The notes: generated by a model not told the origin, from the letters alone. Shown: positions 36,421 through 48,363, counted from the whole stretch's first letter. The stretch is DNA of 62,420 nucleotides, filler included, from Globobulimina sp. (GCA_003354225.1; 22 parts of 22 records of this genome joined end to end with filler, not necessarily neighbours in it); one strand, 5' to 3'. A program made the numbers and translations.

Positions 36421-36852
36421 ATGTCAATCCCAACTGACATTGATGAGTTAAAACGACGCATGAAATTAATGGGTGTCTCAGATGAAGATCTTGACAAAGT
36501 TCAGGACGAAGTGGATGACGCAGGTTATGACATTGAATCCATCAAAGAAGACATATCCGATCGAGAACAATCTCTGTTGCTTGATTTTTTTCGCGAGGAA
36601 TGTGCCGGCGGTGAGAAAATATATGATGCTGTTAAAGCAATTATGGATGGCACTAAGATTGAAAATAAAATAACAACACAACAACAACAACAACAAAAAG
36701 CCACAGTGACTAAAACTGAGAAGTTTGATTTTCAAATATTTAAAACAAATACAACGCGATGTAATTGCAGTGAGGGCGAAGATGAAATCATCAAAAATTG
36801 CGATCATTTATTACGGATAGCATATGGCTTACGATATTACCAATTATTGTGT
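36421..36852 (+). CDS. Hypothetical protein, 3' partial
   Basis: ATG ORF open to the contig end; acidic helical N-terminus. Confidence 0.65.
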
Positions 36853-36952
36853 NNNNNNNNNNNNNNNNNNNNNNNNNNNNNNNNNNNNNNNNNNNNTTAA
36901 TTAATTAANNNNNNNNNNNNNNNNNNNNNNNNNNNNNNNNNNNNNNNNNNNN

Positions 36953-37474
36953 GCAGAGATTGTTGGTCCATTTTCAAGATCAAAAAAGCGATGGCCAATT
37001 GAGTTGGAATTGATTGAAAATGATAATGTTTGCATTAAAAAAGCATTGATAAAAAGTATAAATTTAGTGAGTTATAAAGAGAAAGTTGTTAATAATACAA
37101 AAACAAAAACAAATGCAAATGCAATGATGGCGGTGGATGAAGAGAAAGTGGCTGAAAACAAAGAGATTGAAAATAAAGAATTTGTGCAGAATCTGTTATG
37201 GAATGCAAATAATGATTTAAATAAAAGTGATATTGAATCAAATGAATTAAATAAAAATGAGAGTGAGTCATTGGAAGGGAAAATGAGTTCATTTCAGTCA
37301 CTGATTAATGAGATGCATCAGGTACGACATGCAGCAAAATCCGGGCAATTAAGTGATGATGAAAGGAGACAGAGAGCTGCCGACACTGCGATGAAATTAA
37401 TGTCTTATATGGGCTTAGAAAATCAAGATAATGAAAAGGAGTCAGAGGAAGAAAATATTCAAAATAATGATTAA
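36953..37474 (+). CDS. AAGAB: C-terminus of an alpha/gamma-adaptin-binding protein p34-like protein
   Basis: SFQSLINEMHQVR...LSDDERRQRAADTAMKL resembles the conserved p34 C-terminal helix pair. Confidence 0.6.
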   Translation, partial: AEIVGPFSRSKKRWPIELELIENDNVCIKKALIKSINLVSYKEKVVNNTKTKTNANAMMAVDEEKVAENKEIENKEFVQNLLWNANNDLNKSDIESNELNKNESESLEGKMSSFQSLINEMHQVRHAAKSGQLSDDERRQRAADTAMKLMSYMGLENQDNEKESEEENIQNND

Positions 37475-37526
37475 CATTTAGTCTCTTACTGAAGGTTTTC
37501 ACTTTAGATTAGATTAATTTAACATG

Positions 37527-38963
37527 TCAGTAATATCGAAAACTCAAAGAGTTATGATTCAAAGCGCTCTGCTGTGGCATCAATATCGGTCCGCAATAAG
37601 AACTATCGATTGTAGGAGTTCCATCCTCAGTATATTCCCCATCAATAATTATTTTTCCATCAGGCCGAGGCTGTCGATTGGCCGCCCGATTCCAACTATA
37701 ACTCCAATGCCATTGGCCGCCCCATAGGGGTTCCATGCTGTTACAGCCAACTGCAAAAATCATGCCATGATTTGTCAATTTCTCACATTTTATATAAATA
37801 GTACCACCGCCACCATATCCTGCCACAAGATTACCAGTTTCGCCATTCGCAGAAAGCAATGCATTTGCCCTTAAAAAAACGTTTCCAAAACATATAATAT
37901 TTATAACTCCGCCACCTTTGCCACCGTAACCGGCACCGTTACAATAACCTTTTGCACCAAATTTCAATGCACTACGATTCGAATTTAGTTTCCATATTTC
38001 ATCCCCAGTTAAATTAATTTTTGCATTCACAGAGATTTCAGCATTTTCATCCATTACAAAATCACCAAAACATTTTATACATATTAACTTCCCACCGGAT
38101 AAACGGCTCCCTTTTCCCAAATAAACTGAATCATATTCATAATAATCATCAAAATCCATACAATGTTCACGATATTTATAAACCTCATTTTCTTTCAAGT
38201 TTAAAGCACCATCCATTGCACCGACAAATGATATACATAAACAAAGCAAATCTGCGGCGAATCGAATATTATAAAAACATTTTCGAAAACAATGATCAAT
38301 AATTAATTCTAAATTATATGATGATAATCTTTCATTATATTCCTGTATTGGTACAATTTGTTTTGAGTCGACTTTAACAAAAAAATCAAAATTATCTGGA
38401 CATTGAAAATATTTTATTTTGTTGTTTGTATTGTTTCCAATCGGCTTATTTAATAATACTGCAACATATTGCCTGCCTGGGCTGACTTTTTTGTTTTTGA
38501 TTTGTTGGAGAATATATTTCGGTGCTTTATAAAATATTGATTTTATACTGGCCTTACATTTAATTGACTTGATCCATACTTGCTGATTAATATAAAACTT
38601 TCGTGAAAAGTGTTTGTTCTCAACACCTCTGAAACATTTTTTAATTTCATATGGCTCCACGAATATGATATTCATTGTTTGATTCGCATTTTCAATGTAT
38701 ACTACATTATCAACGCTACCATTTGTTAATTGATGTTTGGTATTTTCATTAACATTTTTTGATAGTTTTGGTGGGTTTTCTTTATTTTGTCGTGGCGATT
38801 GCTGCAATAATTTTTTCCTCATATTTGTTTTGTGTGAATGTAACTGAATACCAACCCATATTTTCTTTGATGATATCAATTCACCAATATATTTTATAGT
38901 CCCTTGTTGTTTATTAATCACAACACGATCCCCGACAATAAATATCTTATCTCTATGGAACAT
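37527..38963 (-). CDS. Protein with two degenerate CAP-Gly domains and a Gly-rich C-terminal domain
   Basis: VGDRV..GTIKYIG..WVGIQL..NGSV..FV, a second weaker copy, and GGKGGGVINI..LSANG..GGGGTIYI. Confidence 0.7.
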   Translation of the reverse strand: MFHRDKIFIVGDRVVINKQQGTIKYIGELISSKKIWVGIQLHSHKTNMRKKLLQQSPRQNKENPPKLSKNVNENTKHQLTNGSVDNVVYIENANQTMNIIFVEPYEIKKCFRGVENKHFSRKFYINQQVWIKSIKCKASIKSIFYKAPKYILQQIKNKKVSPGRQYVAVLLNKPIGNNTNNKIKYFQCPDNFDFFVKVDSKQIVPIQEYNERLSSYNLELIIDHCFRKCFYNIRFAADLLCLCISFVGAMDGALNLKENEVYKYREHCMDFDDYYEYDSVYLGKGSRLSGGKLICIKCFGDFVMDENAEISVNAKINLTGDEIWKLNSNRSALKFGAKGYCNGAGYGGKGGGVINIICFGNVFLRANALLSANGETGNLVAGYGGGGTIYIKCEKLTNHGMIFAVGCNSMEPLWGGQWHWSYSWNRAANRQPRPDGKIIIDGEYTEDGTPTIDSSYCGPILMPQQSALNHNSLSFRYY

Positions 38964-39130
38964 AATATAATGATGCTTGGTTAAGGTGAAGTTTTCATCT
39001 ATTTCTACATCAACAAGAAATGTTTTGCCTTAAGGAGTCCCTCACAGGGATGTTTGAGAAATCTGTGAGTCTGGAATCAGACCTCAGGCCTGATTGAATT
39101 TTACGCCACTACTAGGAGTGTGAGATGTTA

Positions 39131-39694
39131 TTAGTACAAGTCTGCTTCGCTATTATCAACACGATTGAATGTCTCAATCGATTTCTTCAACAACAAATCA
39201 ATATTTCCATTTTTCAATGCATCAGTCACAGCATTGTTTTTCAATTCACATTTTGTCCGATTATCTTTGATCATTTGATATGGCGTATACACATAATTCC
39301 TGATCTGATTACTAAAAGTGCTCTCACAAAACGTTGAATATTTATCTTTTTTCAATTTCTTAACATTTTCCTCCTGCAATCTTTTCAATTTAAACTTTAA
39401 ATATCGCAACGCTGCAATTTTCGCATTATATTGATTCCTCTCATCCTGTACAGTTACCATAGTCCCACTCGGTTTGTGTATACAGCGCACTGCGGAATCA
39501 GTGGTATTTCTATGCTGTCCGCCGGGCCCACTCCCACGAAATACGTCCCATTCTAAGTCCTTATCATTTATATCACCAACATCCAAATCATTATCATTTG
39601 TAAGTGTCATCGGTGTAACCTGTACACTGGCAAATGATGTCTGTCTTTTTTGTCCACCAGTTTGCCCATACGGTGATATTCTACTTCGTCGATG
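39131..39694 (-). CDS. prfB: RF2-type peptide chain release factor, likely organellar; 5' partial
   Basis: RISPY..RQTSFASV, GSGPGGQH.NTTDSAVR and QIRNYV.TPYQMIKD.RT. Confidence 0.85.
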   Translation of the reverse strand, partial: HRRSRISPYGQTGGQKRQTSFASVQVTPMTLTNDNDLDVGDINDKDLEWDVFRGSGPGGQHRNTTDSAVRCIHKPSGTMVTVQDERNQYNAKIAALRYLKFKLKRLQEENVKKLKKDKYSTFCESTFSNQIRNYVYTPYQMIKDNRTKCELKNNAVTDALKNGNIDLLLKKSIETFNRVDNSEADLY

Positions 39695-39897
39695 NNNNNN
39701 NNNNNNNNNNNNNNNNNNNNNNNNNNNNNNNNNNNNNNTTAATTAATTAANNNNNNNNNNNNNNNNNNNNNNNNNNNNNNNNNNNNNNNNNNNNACAAAA
39801 AAAAATTTAATTAAAATAAAATATATATATAGATTAAATTGATGGTGATTTAACCGATAAAAATGAAAATAATTTACTAAATATTAAACTGATTGTT

Positions 39898-42536
39898 TTA
39901 ATCACTTACTTCATCATATCCATATTTTAATATATGGTCTTTGTCAATTAATTTGATACATTCTTTATTTAAATATCGCTTAATAATATCATTTCTTGTT
40001 AACAATATAAAATCATACATTGCACGTATGATATCCACTCGATCTTCAATCTTTATCTTAAATGATGGGAATAGATATTGCTTGAGATATAGACTTGGGT
40101 TTTCCTGGTAATTGTCTATTATTTCAATGTGTTTCTCTGTGTCATTTATTAATCTGTTATGTCTTTGTAATATATTATCGACCATTTCAATCATTATTTT
40201 TCTTTCTGTTTGATAGAATTCAGCAGGGCATACAAATAAAATGTGTGCCATTGATTCATCAGTTTGCGTTTGTAAACAATCTTCATGTTGCGTACAAAAT
40301 GGTTCATTATGTATTTGATTTGCTTTGTAATGTAAATATAAATTCGTTGGAAGTTGATTGGTTATCATCATTAGTCGAAAATCATTTTCTTGTTCAGTTA
40401 ATAATGGGATGATTTTTGCGAATTTCTTTGGTTTCCACGGGACGTACCATTCCCAATAATGATGGCCCCATTCATTAATTTGCCCAATTTTATATTCTCT
40501 CCATGAATTTGCATCAATTTGATTTGCTAAATATTTAATTTCTGCCTTAACTGTATTATAAGCAATAAATTCATTTGGATTTAACCATTTGTTTTCTTGT
40601 TGCAGTTTATGTTCTTTTTTGACAAATCTTGCCATGCTCTTTGCAGCTTCATCGACTGCTCCATTCATATCTGAGTCTTCATGACTTCTCACCCAATAAA
40701 TGCATACATAATTTGTTGGGAAATTGTGTAATTTTATTAGTTGTAGTTGATTGTCGATCTTTTTATGGATATTTATTAATACATCATCAATCGGCTTATT
40801 TTCTTGAGAAATTATTTTAATACAGTTCTGACTGTCTGAGATAATGACAATTTTCTTCGCGTTTTCAATCCAGTTTTTATTTTGTATACAATTTATCCAT
40901 TCAAATGTTTTTAAAAATATATACAATTCCATTGCGTTGATTTGTGTACGTGTACTTAGCGGAAGTTTCATTTCTTGTACTAATTCATTATTGAAATATA
41001 TATAAAGAGCGCATCCACCATAGCCCGAAATATGTGAAGCGGGATCACTGTCATCTTCATACATTATACTTCCATCAATAACGCAGCACAGAGTACCCGG
41101 TTCTTGATATTCATCCTTCCACATTTCTGTAAATGGCATAATTTTTACACATTTGGGTAAGTCCGAAGGTATAAATGTGATTGCATTTTTTATTACAAAT
41201 TGTGAGTGATTATAAGTTATTGTATCCGTACATTGGATTTGTTTTGCTGCTGCATACCATTTCCATGGTAAACTGTGTTGAATTTGAATTGGTGCTAATT
41301 TCTGAATTTGTTTAATCTGTCTTTTATCATAATATTTCAGATTTGTTTTGTTGATCATTGTTAATTGTTTGATTAATTTTATTTTTTTGTGATGCAATGC
41401 GTTGGTTTCATGCGTTCTCATTAGTTTTGCAAAGGATTTTGCATTGATTCTGGCTTGGATAGATTCAAATGTATTAAAACCATTAAAGTTACATCGTTCC
41501 ATTGTGGATAACGTTTTTATTTTATTGCCTATAATTCGGACCATTGAATTGTATGCTTTCTGTAACAAATTTGTTTCTAAATTTAGATTTAAATAAACCT
41601 GTCCTGTGTAATTAATTAGTGATATTGCCATGCTATCGATAAAATATTTGATTACACCCATTGATAAATAATGTTTATTGTGTTTCATTAATTTATAGCA
41701 TTTATTTCGAACAATATGGAAACCACTGATTATTTTCTTTATATGTGGTGTGAATGTCCATTTATTGTCGTAAATTTCACCTAAAATCGTGATTTCATTT
41801 GATTTCTTATGTAATTGATTATTTATGCAATAATTTGTATTTCTAAATGCATCCATATGATCAACTAATTTGTTTTGTATTTGTTTACAATTTCGCGGAT
41901 ATTCAATTAATTCGTTTTCATCCATAATAATAATGATTTGATATTGTTTATCATCTTTTTTTTTATTTTCTATATACCATACTCCCAAATCCACGCTGAA
42001 TTGTAGTATTTTCTCAAACATTTTAGCGCCATACCACACATTAAATTGTTTGCGCCAATCTTCAATATGAAATGCTAATATTTTCCTGTCAACCAAATGA
42101 TGATTAAAATCATAGATTATTTCTTTATACGCTTCAAATTTGCATTTTATTGCTTGCAATTTTTGATAATATTTGTCTTCAAATGTAATTATGTGTGTTT
42201 TTGTTGTTTTGTTGGGATATTGTTGGTGTTTAAATATCTTTGAATGAAAATGATTGCTTGTTGGAATTGCTTGGATATTTTAATCAAAGTATTTGCGTAT
42301 AAATTATTTGTTTGCATATCAATAAATTTCATAATATTCATTTTTGAATGTTTGATATGTCTAAACGTGATTGCTTGCGCAGATTTTAATGTGTTTTCAT
42401 TTATTATTATTTTCGTATATATATTCAGGTCATCCATTAAGACTTTTGGCTGTATCTTTGCGACAACTTTATCGTTAATTTGTATCTTATATTGATTGGA
42501 TAAACGCAGTGTCAGAAGGTTTGTGTAAATGCACCA
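39898..42536 (-). mobile_element. Non-LTR retrotransposon pol fragment (RT C-half, RNase H, C-terminal zinc knuckle) with one frameshift
   Basis: WCIYTN..LMDD, ILGEIYDNKWTF.PHI, RNase H IDGS/AMEL/SDSQ/WVRSH..N.AVD.AAK, and C..C..ESMAHILFVCP. Frame change at about 42190-42280. Confidence 0.88.
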
Positions 42537-42795
42537 NNNNNNNNNNNNNNNNNNNNNNNNNNNNNNNNNNNNNNNNNNNNTTAATTAATTAANNNNNNNN
42601 NNNNNNNNNNNNNNNNNNNNNNNNNNNNNNNNNNNNCATTGCATTGTGTAACAATTAGATTCTATTTAAAAAACAAAACAACAAAGAAAACAATCAGGAT
42701 ATGCTCATTGAAAATCAGACACAAAACATGCATGAATAAAACAAAAAAAATGTGTAATATGTAATTGTGTGTGTAATAATTAAAAGATATAATAT

Positions 42796-43179
42796 TTATA
42801 TGCCACCACATGGATCGTCCGCAAATTGAAAATACATGGCACCGCCCATAAATCCATACAAAGTGAATGTAGCACCTAAACCGTATCCAAGTCCACCATC
42901 GGTATAATTTGAATCATTCCTCCAAAATACTAAAGGCATTGCAAATGCAGAGACTAATGATAAGGCCATTATAAAAGCTGCGAATTGTGGCCAAAAATCC
43001 TTATCTTCCATACTGTCTTTATCGATAAATATTGTCATTGTCGGTGTAAACACATAGGGTGCCAATAAAAATAAATTCCAATATACATTGTCTACTACAC
43101 ATCCCACAATTACTAGGGTTAAGGCTATGGTATATCCCATACCCAATAAGATAATCATCGCTGTATCTCTCCTCATCAC
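42796..43179 (-). CDS. VPS55: Vps55/LEPROT family small 4-TM protein
   Basis: TLVIVGC...YWNLF.L.PYVF.P and VSAFAMPLV; 127 aa. Confidence 0.85.
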   Translation of the reverse strand: MMRRDTAMIILLGMGYTIALTLVIVGCVVDNVYWNLFLLAPYVFTPTMTIFIDKDSMEDKDFWPQFAAFIMALSLVSAFAMPLVFWRNDSNYTDGGLGYGLGATFTLYGFMGGAMYFQFADDPCGGI

Positions 43180-43326
43180 TACTTATCTCTGTTTTTATTT
43201 AACTGGCGCTCAATTAATAATTTTATATTGAAAAGTTACCGTAACAATGGTTTTTTTTTGTAGTTCAAAGGTTTTTTCTCTTGTTTTTTTAATTAGCTCA
43301 ACCAGTCGACTTTTCAAACAATTTAA

Positions 43327-43953
43327 ATGCTATTTCTATTGTCTGCATTGTTGATATCTCAATCAAATGGAGTTTGTAATTATTTTTATAGGAAGATTTT
43401 GATGGCTCCTGTGCAGTTGAATACATGTTCTTATTCAAAAAAAGGGTTTTCATCCGGATACTATTGTCATGAAAATTATAATAATTCAGGAGAAACATAT
43501 GTTATGCATATAAAATTTGATGAAGCCGGTTGTCCTGATAATAGAGGTGAAATTGGAGATGAAATTATGTGTTCAAATGTTGATTGTAATTGTCATGGCA
43601 ATCCAGATCATTGCACTATTGCAAAAGTAAGAATTGAGCACTTCAAAAATGCATCGAATTATGAATTCGAATGCGATTCCACAGCAGATGAGAACTATTA
43701 TTATGTATGGGACATATGCATTTCACGAGGCAATCTCGGTGGACAATATTTTTATTGTGATGATAATGGTGTTTTTGATAAGTGGCATATAAATAATGAT
43801 TGTTCCGGTGATGTTGCATATAAACAAACAGCATCACCAACCATAAAAAAACATTGTCGACATTTAAGTTGTGAATCCTGCTCACTCAGAGTCAGACATG
43901 TCTTTGTTCTTTCTTTTGTCGTCTCATTTTTTCTGTATTTTGTGCTACAATGA
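43327..43953 (+). CDS. Secreted Cys-rich protein, probably GPI- or C-terminally anchored
   Basis: Signal peptide, many Cys residues, hydrophobic C-terminus. Confidence 0.75.
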   Translation: MLFLLSALLISQSNGVCNYFYRKILMAPVQLNTCSYSKKGFSSGYYCHENYNNSGETYVMHIKFDEAGCPDNRGEIGDEIMCSNVDCNCHGNPDHCTIAKVRIEHFKNASNYEFECDSTADENYYYVWDICISRGNLGGQYFYCDDNGVFDKWHINNDCSGDVAYKQTASPTIKKHCRHLSCESCSLRVRHVFVLSFVVSFFLYFVLQ

Positions 43954-44396
43954 TTTTGCATTGCAGTCACAATGGACTCTATTTAATTGCTACGCATATC
44001 TGTATAGCATAGCATTCAATTGATTATGGGTCAACCTATCAATATGATTATCCAGAAATTAATAGCTAATTATCAAAATCTAAGAGGAAACAAAGGCCTG
44101 CATTTTCATATAAATAATAACACCCAATCAATATCTAAAGTGTTGAACATAGAATTGAAACTTTTGAATTTGTTCCTGTTTCCAGGTCTAATTCAGAGAA
44201 AAATAATATTATTTACACAATATTTTGTGTTGAAATCGACGATGACAAAAAACAAAGCAAGCAGTTACGGCGGCGGCTGTATTTAAATGAAGAAAAACTA
44301 GCAGCTGCCATTAAATTGCGGCGCGGCGGCGTTTTGAAATTATAACATCACATCACATCACATCACACCACATCATTGATTGAGGAATCGCAGCCG

Positions 44397-45074
44397 ATGA
44401 ATTTATACAATTTGATTGTTTTGATTATACTCTCAGTATACGTTCACTGTGACTCACATTCCGACGATTTCCGTTTTGTATCTCGCAAAAACGAGGCATT
44501 GGATGAAAGAAATCATGTCTTATTCAATGAAAATAAGGATTTAAGAAATGAAGTCACCAAATTATCAAATGAAATGGACTCTGTTTACAGCATGAAACTC
44601 AGCTTAGATGATGATATTCGTCTGTTAAGAAAGGAGATTAAAGCTAAAGGAAAGCAATTAAAAGACTCAAAAACGAGAATGCAACAATCCATAACACATT
44701 CATTGCATGATGTGCGATCTCGGTATAATCAGAAAAATCATAATTTATCAATGTTAGTTGCATCGATGCAAAATGAAAAAAACAAATTCGAATCGCAACT
44801 AAATGCGTTAAACTCTGAAATAAAGCATTTAACGCAGGTTAACATGGACGAACAAAGACAGATTTGGTGGTTGGAACAAGAAATGAAAATGTATATGTTT
44901 GGATTCATTGGGATTCTAACCTCCATTTTAACACTCATAAATCTCATCGCACATTTTGTGTTCGGTTATAAATGTTGCGGTTATTGCCGCGGCCGCCACT
45001 GTGGTGGATATTGTGTGCCCTCTATCAGTCTCAGTCATAGCACTAAAATACCAGAGAATATACAGTTATTGTAG
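44397..45074 (+). CDS. Single-pass membrane protein with a coiled-coil ectodomain
   Basis: Signal peptide, heptad region, TM segment, Cys-rich tail. Confidence 0.7.
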   Translation: MNLYNLIVLIILSVYVHCDSHSDDFRFVSRKNEALDERNHVLFNENKDLRNEVTKLSNEMDSVYSMKLSLDDDIRLLRKEIKAKGKQLKDSKTRMQQSITHSLHDVRSRYNQKNHNLSMLVASMQNEKNKFESQLNALNSEIKHLTQVNMDEQRQIWWLEQEMKMYMFGFIGILTSILTLINLIAHFVFGYKCCGYCRGRHCGGYCVPSISLSHSTKIPENIQLL

Positions 45075-45478
45075 TTATTTGACCATTTTAATTTTAGATA
45101 AGACTTCTTGTTGAGTTTGGGAGCAACAAACAAAGCCAATAGAACAAAATAATTATTTTTCCATAGCATTCCAAAATAATTATATTTCCAAAATACACAC
45201 ACTTCAAATTGTTTCATAAATCTTACGTCCTGACTGAATTTCGACCCACCACAACTTTTTGAATGTTCTAAAGTATGCATAATGAAACAAGTTCCATAGG
45301 GTTTTTGCTTTTATATAGTTCATTTCATCAATGAACGATTTGATAATTAAAGAAAAAAAAACTTTTGTAATTCATCTNNNNNNNNNNNNNNNNNNNNNNN
45401 NNNNNNNNNNNNNNNNNNNNNTTAATTAATTAANNNNNNNNNNNNNNNNNNNNNNNNNNNNNNNNNNNNNNNNNNNNT

Positions 45479-45693
45479 CATGGTCTTCTCTTGTTGAATG
45501 CGGATGGCAATTTTACCTATACTCCTGAAACGGGTTTTGTGGGAATCGACACATTTGAGTACGCAGTCAACATTGACGGTGCATTAACCAATACAGCGAA
45601 TGTTTCATTGCAAATACGACCGGCTGAAGGCGATTTGATTATTTCGACATTGACTGACGAATTCGACAGCAACATGACAGCTGAAACAGGAAT
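45479..45693 (+). CDS. Bacterial-type Ig-like (Big_9/cadherin-like) repeat fragment
   Basis: HGLLLLNADGNFTYTPETGFVGIDTFEY..TANVSL matches the bacterial adhesin repeat consensus. Confidence 0.7.
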
Positions 45694-45739
45694 GTATATT
45701 ATATTCTTTGGCTGCTAGCTATTGATCGAACAGACATTA

Positions 45740-45770
<31 letters not shown>

Positions 45771-45771
45771 A
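45740..45771. repeat. (TAAA)n microsatellite
   Basis: Eight perfect copies. Confidence 0.9.
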
Positions 45772-45862
45772 CATGAATTATGATGAATATACAGCACGTC
45801 GATGGATTAAGAATCTGCGCGCCGTTTAAACCAGTTTCTTTCGCCTGGCAATTTCCATTGCA

Positions 45863-46363
45863 TTAAAATGAGAGTTTGCTGTGTGATGTATTGTCTTTTT
45901 TTTTCAACAGTTGCTTAATTGAATCAGGCAAAGAATCATCATTTTCATCCAATGATTGCAATTTTTGCAACAAATTAGTTGAATTCAACAATGATTTGAA
46001 TGTTGACCGTATTATTTGTACAGCCTCCTTGAGAGCTGTATCTTTTTCTGTTAGATATACAGATGACAATGACAACTTATTCAATTGTTTGCCTATTTTT
46101 GTGATTGCTTTTTGAGACTTATTGTCTGTAATAGCATTGTTAAACGCAAGATAAGATACAAATCCATGATAAAATCCTAGCTCTTGTCCTAATTTTGCGC
46201 CTTCTATTTTTCCAGTTTCATATCCTTTCTGATATGATCTTTGACTCACTGATTTTTTACCAATTTCCTTCCCTTCTTTGATAAATTCCTCTTCGATAAA
46301 TGATATTGAATTAAATGCTTCCAAAATATCAAAGTCTCCAGCATCGTCATCAGAAGAAGACAT
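45863..46363 (-). CDS. LTO1: LTO1/ORAOV1 (Yae1_N domain) protein
   Basis: EEEF.KEG..IG...YQKGYETG..EG.KLGQELGFYHGF Gly-repeat motif. Confidence 0.8.
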   Translation of the reverse strand: MSSSDDDAGDFDILEAFNSISFIEEEFIKEGKEIGKKSVSQRSYQKGYETGKIEGAKLGQELGFYHGFVSYLAFNNAITDNKSQKAITKIGKQLNKLSLSSVYLTEKDTALKEAVQIIRSTFKSLLNSTNLLQKLQSLDENDDSLPDSIKQLLKKKDNTSHSKLSF

Positions 46364-46582
46364 GATCAATACCAAAGTCTCAAAGTTTTTTTACTAGCTT
46401 ACATGTTTATATATATTTAGCACAAATAACTTATCACAAATAAATTGCAATTTAAATTAACACCACCAAACCACAAAAAACAAGCTTGAAAAAAAATAGA
46501 GAAATAAATAATAAAACTATGAAACAAAGCAAAACGCGGTCAATACACATCTAAAGTCCATACAACAATATGCAATATGCAA

Positions 46583-48218
46583 TCAACTAAATGGCAATGT
46601 TTGACTTGTAGTTTGTTGATAGTCTGAGTTGTTTTGTTTGCTATTATTTTTATTATAACGCGATTGTAAATTTCGAAATTGGTTTTCAAGCGAATTAAAT
46701 TTTGCTTTCAACTCTTTATATTTCGACTTTGCATAATCGCGTTGTTGTCTTAATCGGTCCGATTTGACTTGAAACTTTCCGATTTCCTGTTGACATTTTC
46801 GATTTTCTTCTTCTAAATTCACATTGCCATCATACAGCTCATTATTCTTCTGCGACAGCGACGTTTTCTCCGCTTGCAATGTCGATACTAATTCATCGTT
46901 GCCTTGCATCTGTTGCTTTAATTTTATTTTCTCATTCTCCACATTCTGGTATCTCTCCTGCAACGATTCAAATTGTAATTGTAATTGATGTATTTTCAAA
47001 GATAACTGCTTATGTTTCGATTCATTTTCGTTGTATTTCTTCTCAGCAATGTCTCGCTCTTCCCGTATAACACGAATTTGTCTCTGTAGATTTATTTTTT
47101 CTGCCAAATATTCATTATTGATCTGATTCGATTTGCCTTCGATGGATCGCCTTCGTTCCTCGCGCAAATTGTTATTTTCCTCCTCCATCTCTTGAATCTC
47201 TGTTCGAAGCCGCAGAATCTGCGCAGACAAGGAATTGTTTTGCTGTTCAATCAATTTAAACTTATCCAGCAACTCAGCAAATTCAATATTTTTATCCTCG
47301 ATCTCTTTCTTAAAACTTATCGCTTTGCCTTTATATTCGTGCCGTTCTTTCTCATTCTCATTCTTGCATTGCAACTGTTTATTTTCTAATTGCTTCAATT
47401 TCTTCCATTCTTCCTTCCGTCGCAAATAATGCAGCTGCGCCTTTTGCCGTAATTGCTGATGCTCTTCGCGCGACTCTTTCAACTGTTGATGCAAATCATC
47501 ATTTTGTTTAATTAGCATCTCGTGCTGCTCCTTGGCGATAATATTATTATTGTTAGTATCCAACGCCTGTAAGGCACGCAACTCCCGCATTTTCTTTGTG
47601 TTTTCGTCGAATTCGAATTGTAATTTATTCAATTCATCTTTTAAATATTCCATTTGAACGTTGTCTTTTTCTTCACGTTCTTCCGCATCGATCAATTCAT
47701 TTTGCAATTTGCTGCGGGCGCCGGATAACTTAGTCACTGCTTCATTCATTTTGCTAATCTTATCGTTGTATTGTTTCTTGTTTTGTTGTAAGCGATTTTC
47801 GTACTTTTTCCGTAAAAGCAGCAACTGCTCATTCAGGTCTTCGATATGTTTGTTGGAGTCCGAGGATTGCTGTGCCACCATCTCAAATTTGGTAGAATCT
47901 AAAAGTAACTGCAACTCCGTGATTTTGTTCTGATAATCGGAGAGATCGGCTTCTGATTTTAATTTATTTTTGTTGATTATCTCCCGTAATTCATCAATTT
48001 GAACGCTTTTTTGTTGATTCATTTGTTTAATTTCGTTCATTTCGTAATATAGCTTCTGTTGCTGAGAGGACAAATTATCATATTCCTGATTTAATTTCTC
48101 ATATTTTTTTTTCATACTTTTAAAATCAACAGTCATTGAATTATATTTATTTTTAAACTCGGAACATTTTTGATTATTATTTTGCAATAACTCAATTTGA
48201 TTCGCCTGCTTCATATTT
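46583..48218 (-). CDS. Long coiled-coil protein, probably 5' partial
   Basis: 543-aa heptad-rich ORF. Confidence 0.8.
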
Positions 48219-48363
48219 NNNNNNNNNNNNNNNNNNNNNNNNNNNNNNNNNNNNNNNNNNNNTTAATTAATTAANNNNNNNNNNNNNNNNNNNNNNNNNN
48301 NNNNNNNNNNNNNNNNNNCTAACTAAGTTTTTTTTATTTTGCCTAGAGCGTGACACTAAGATC

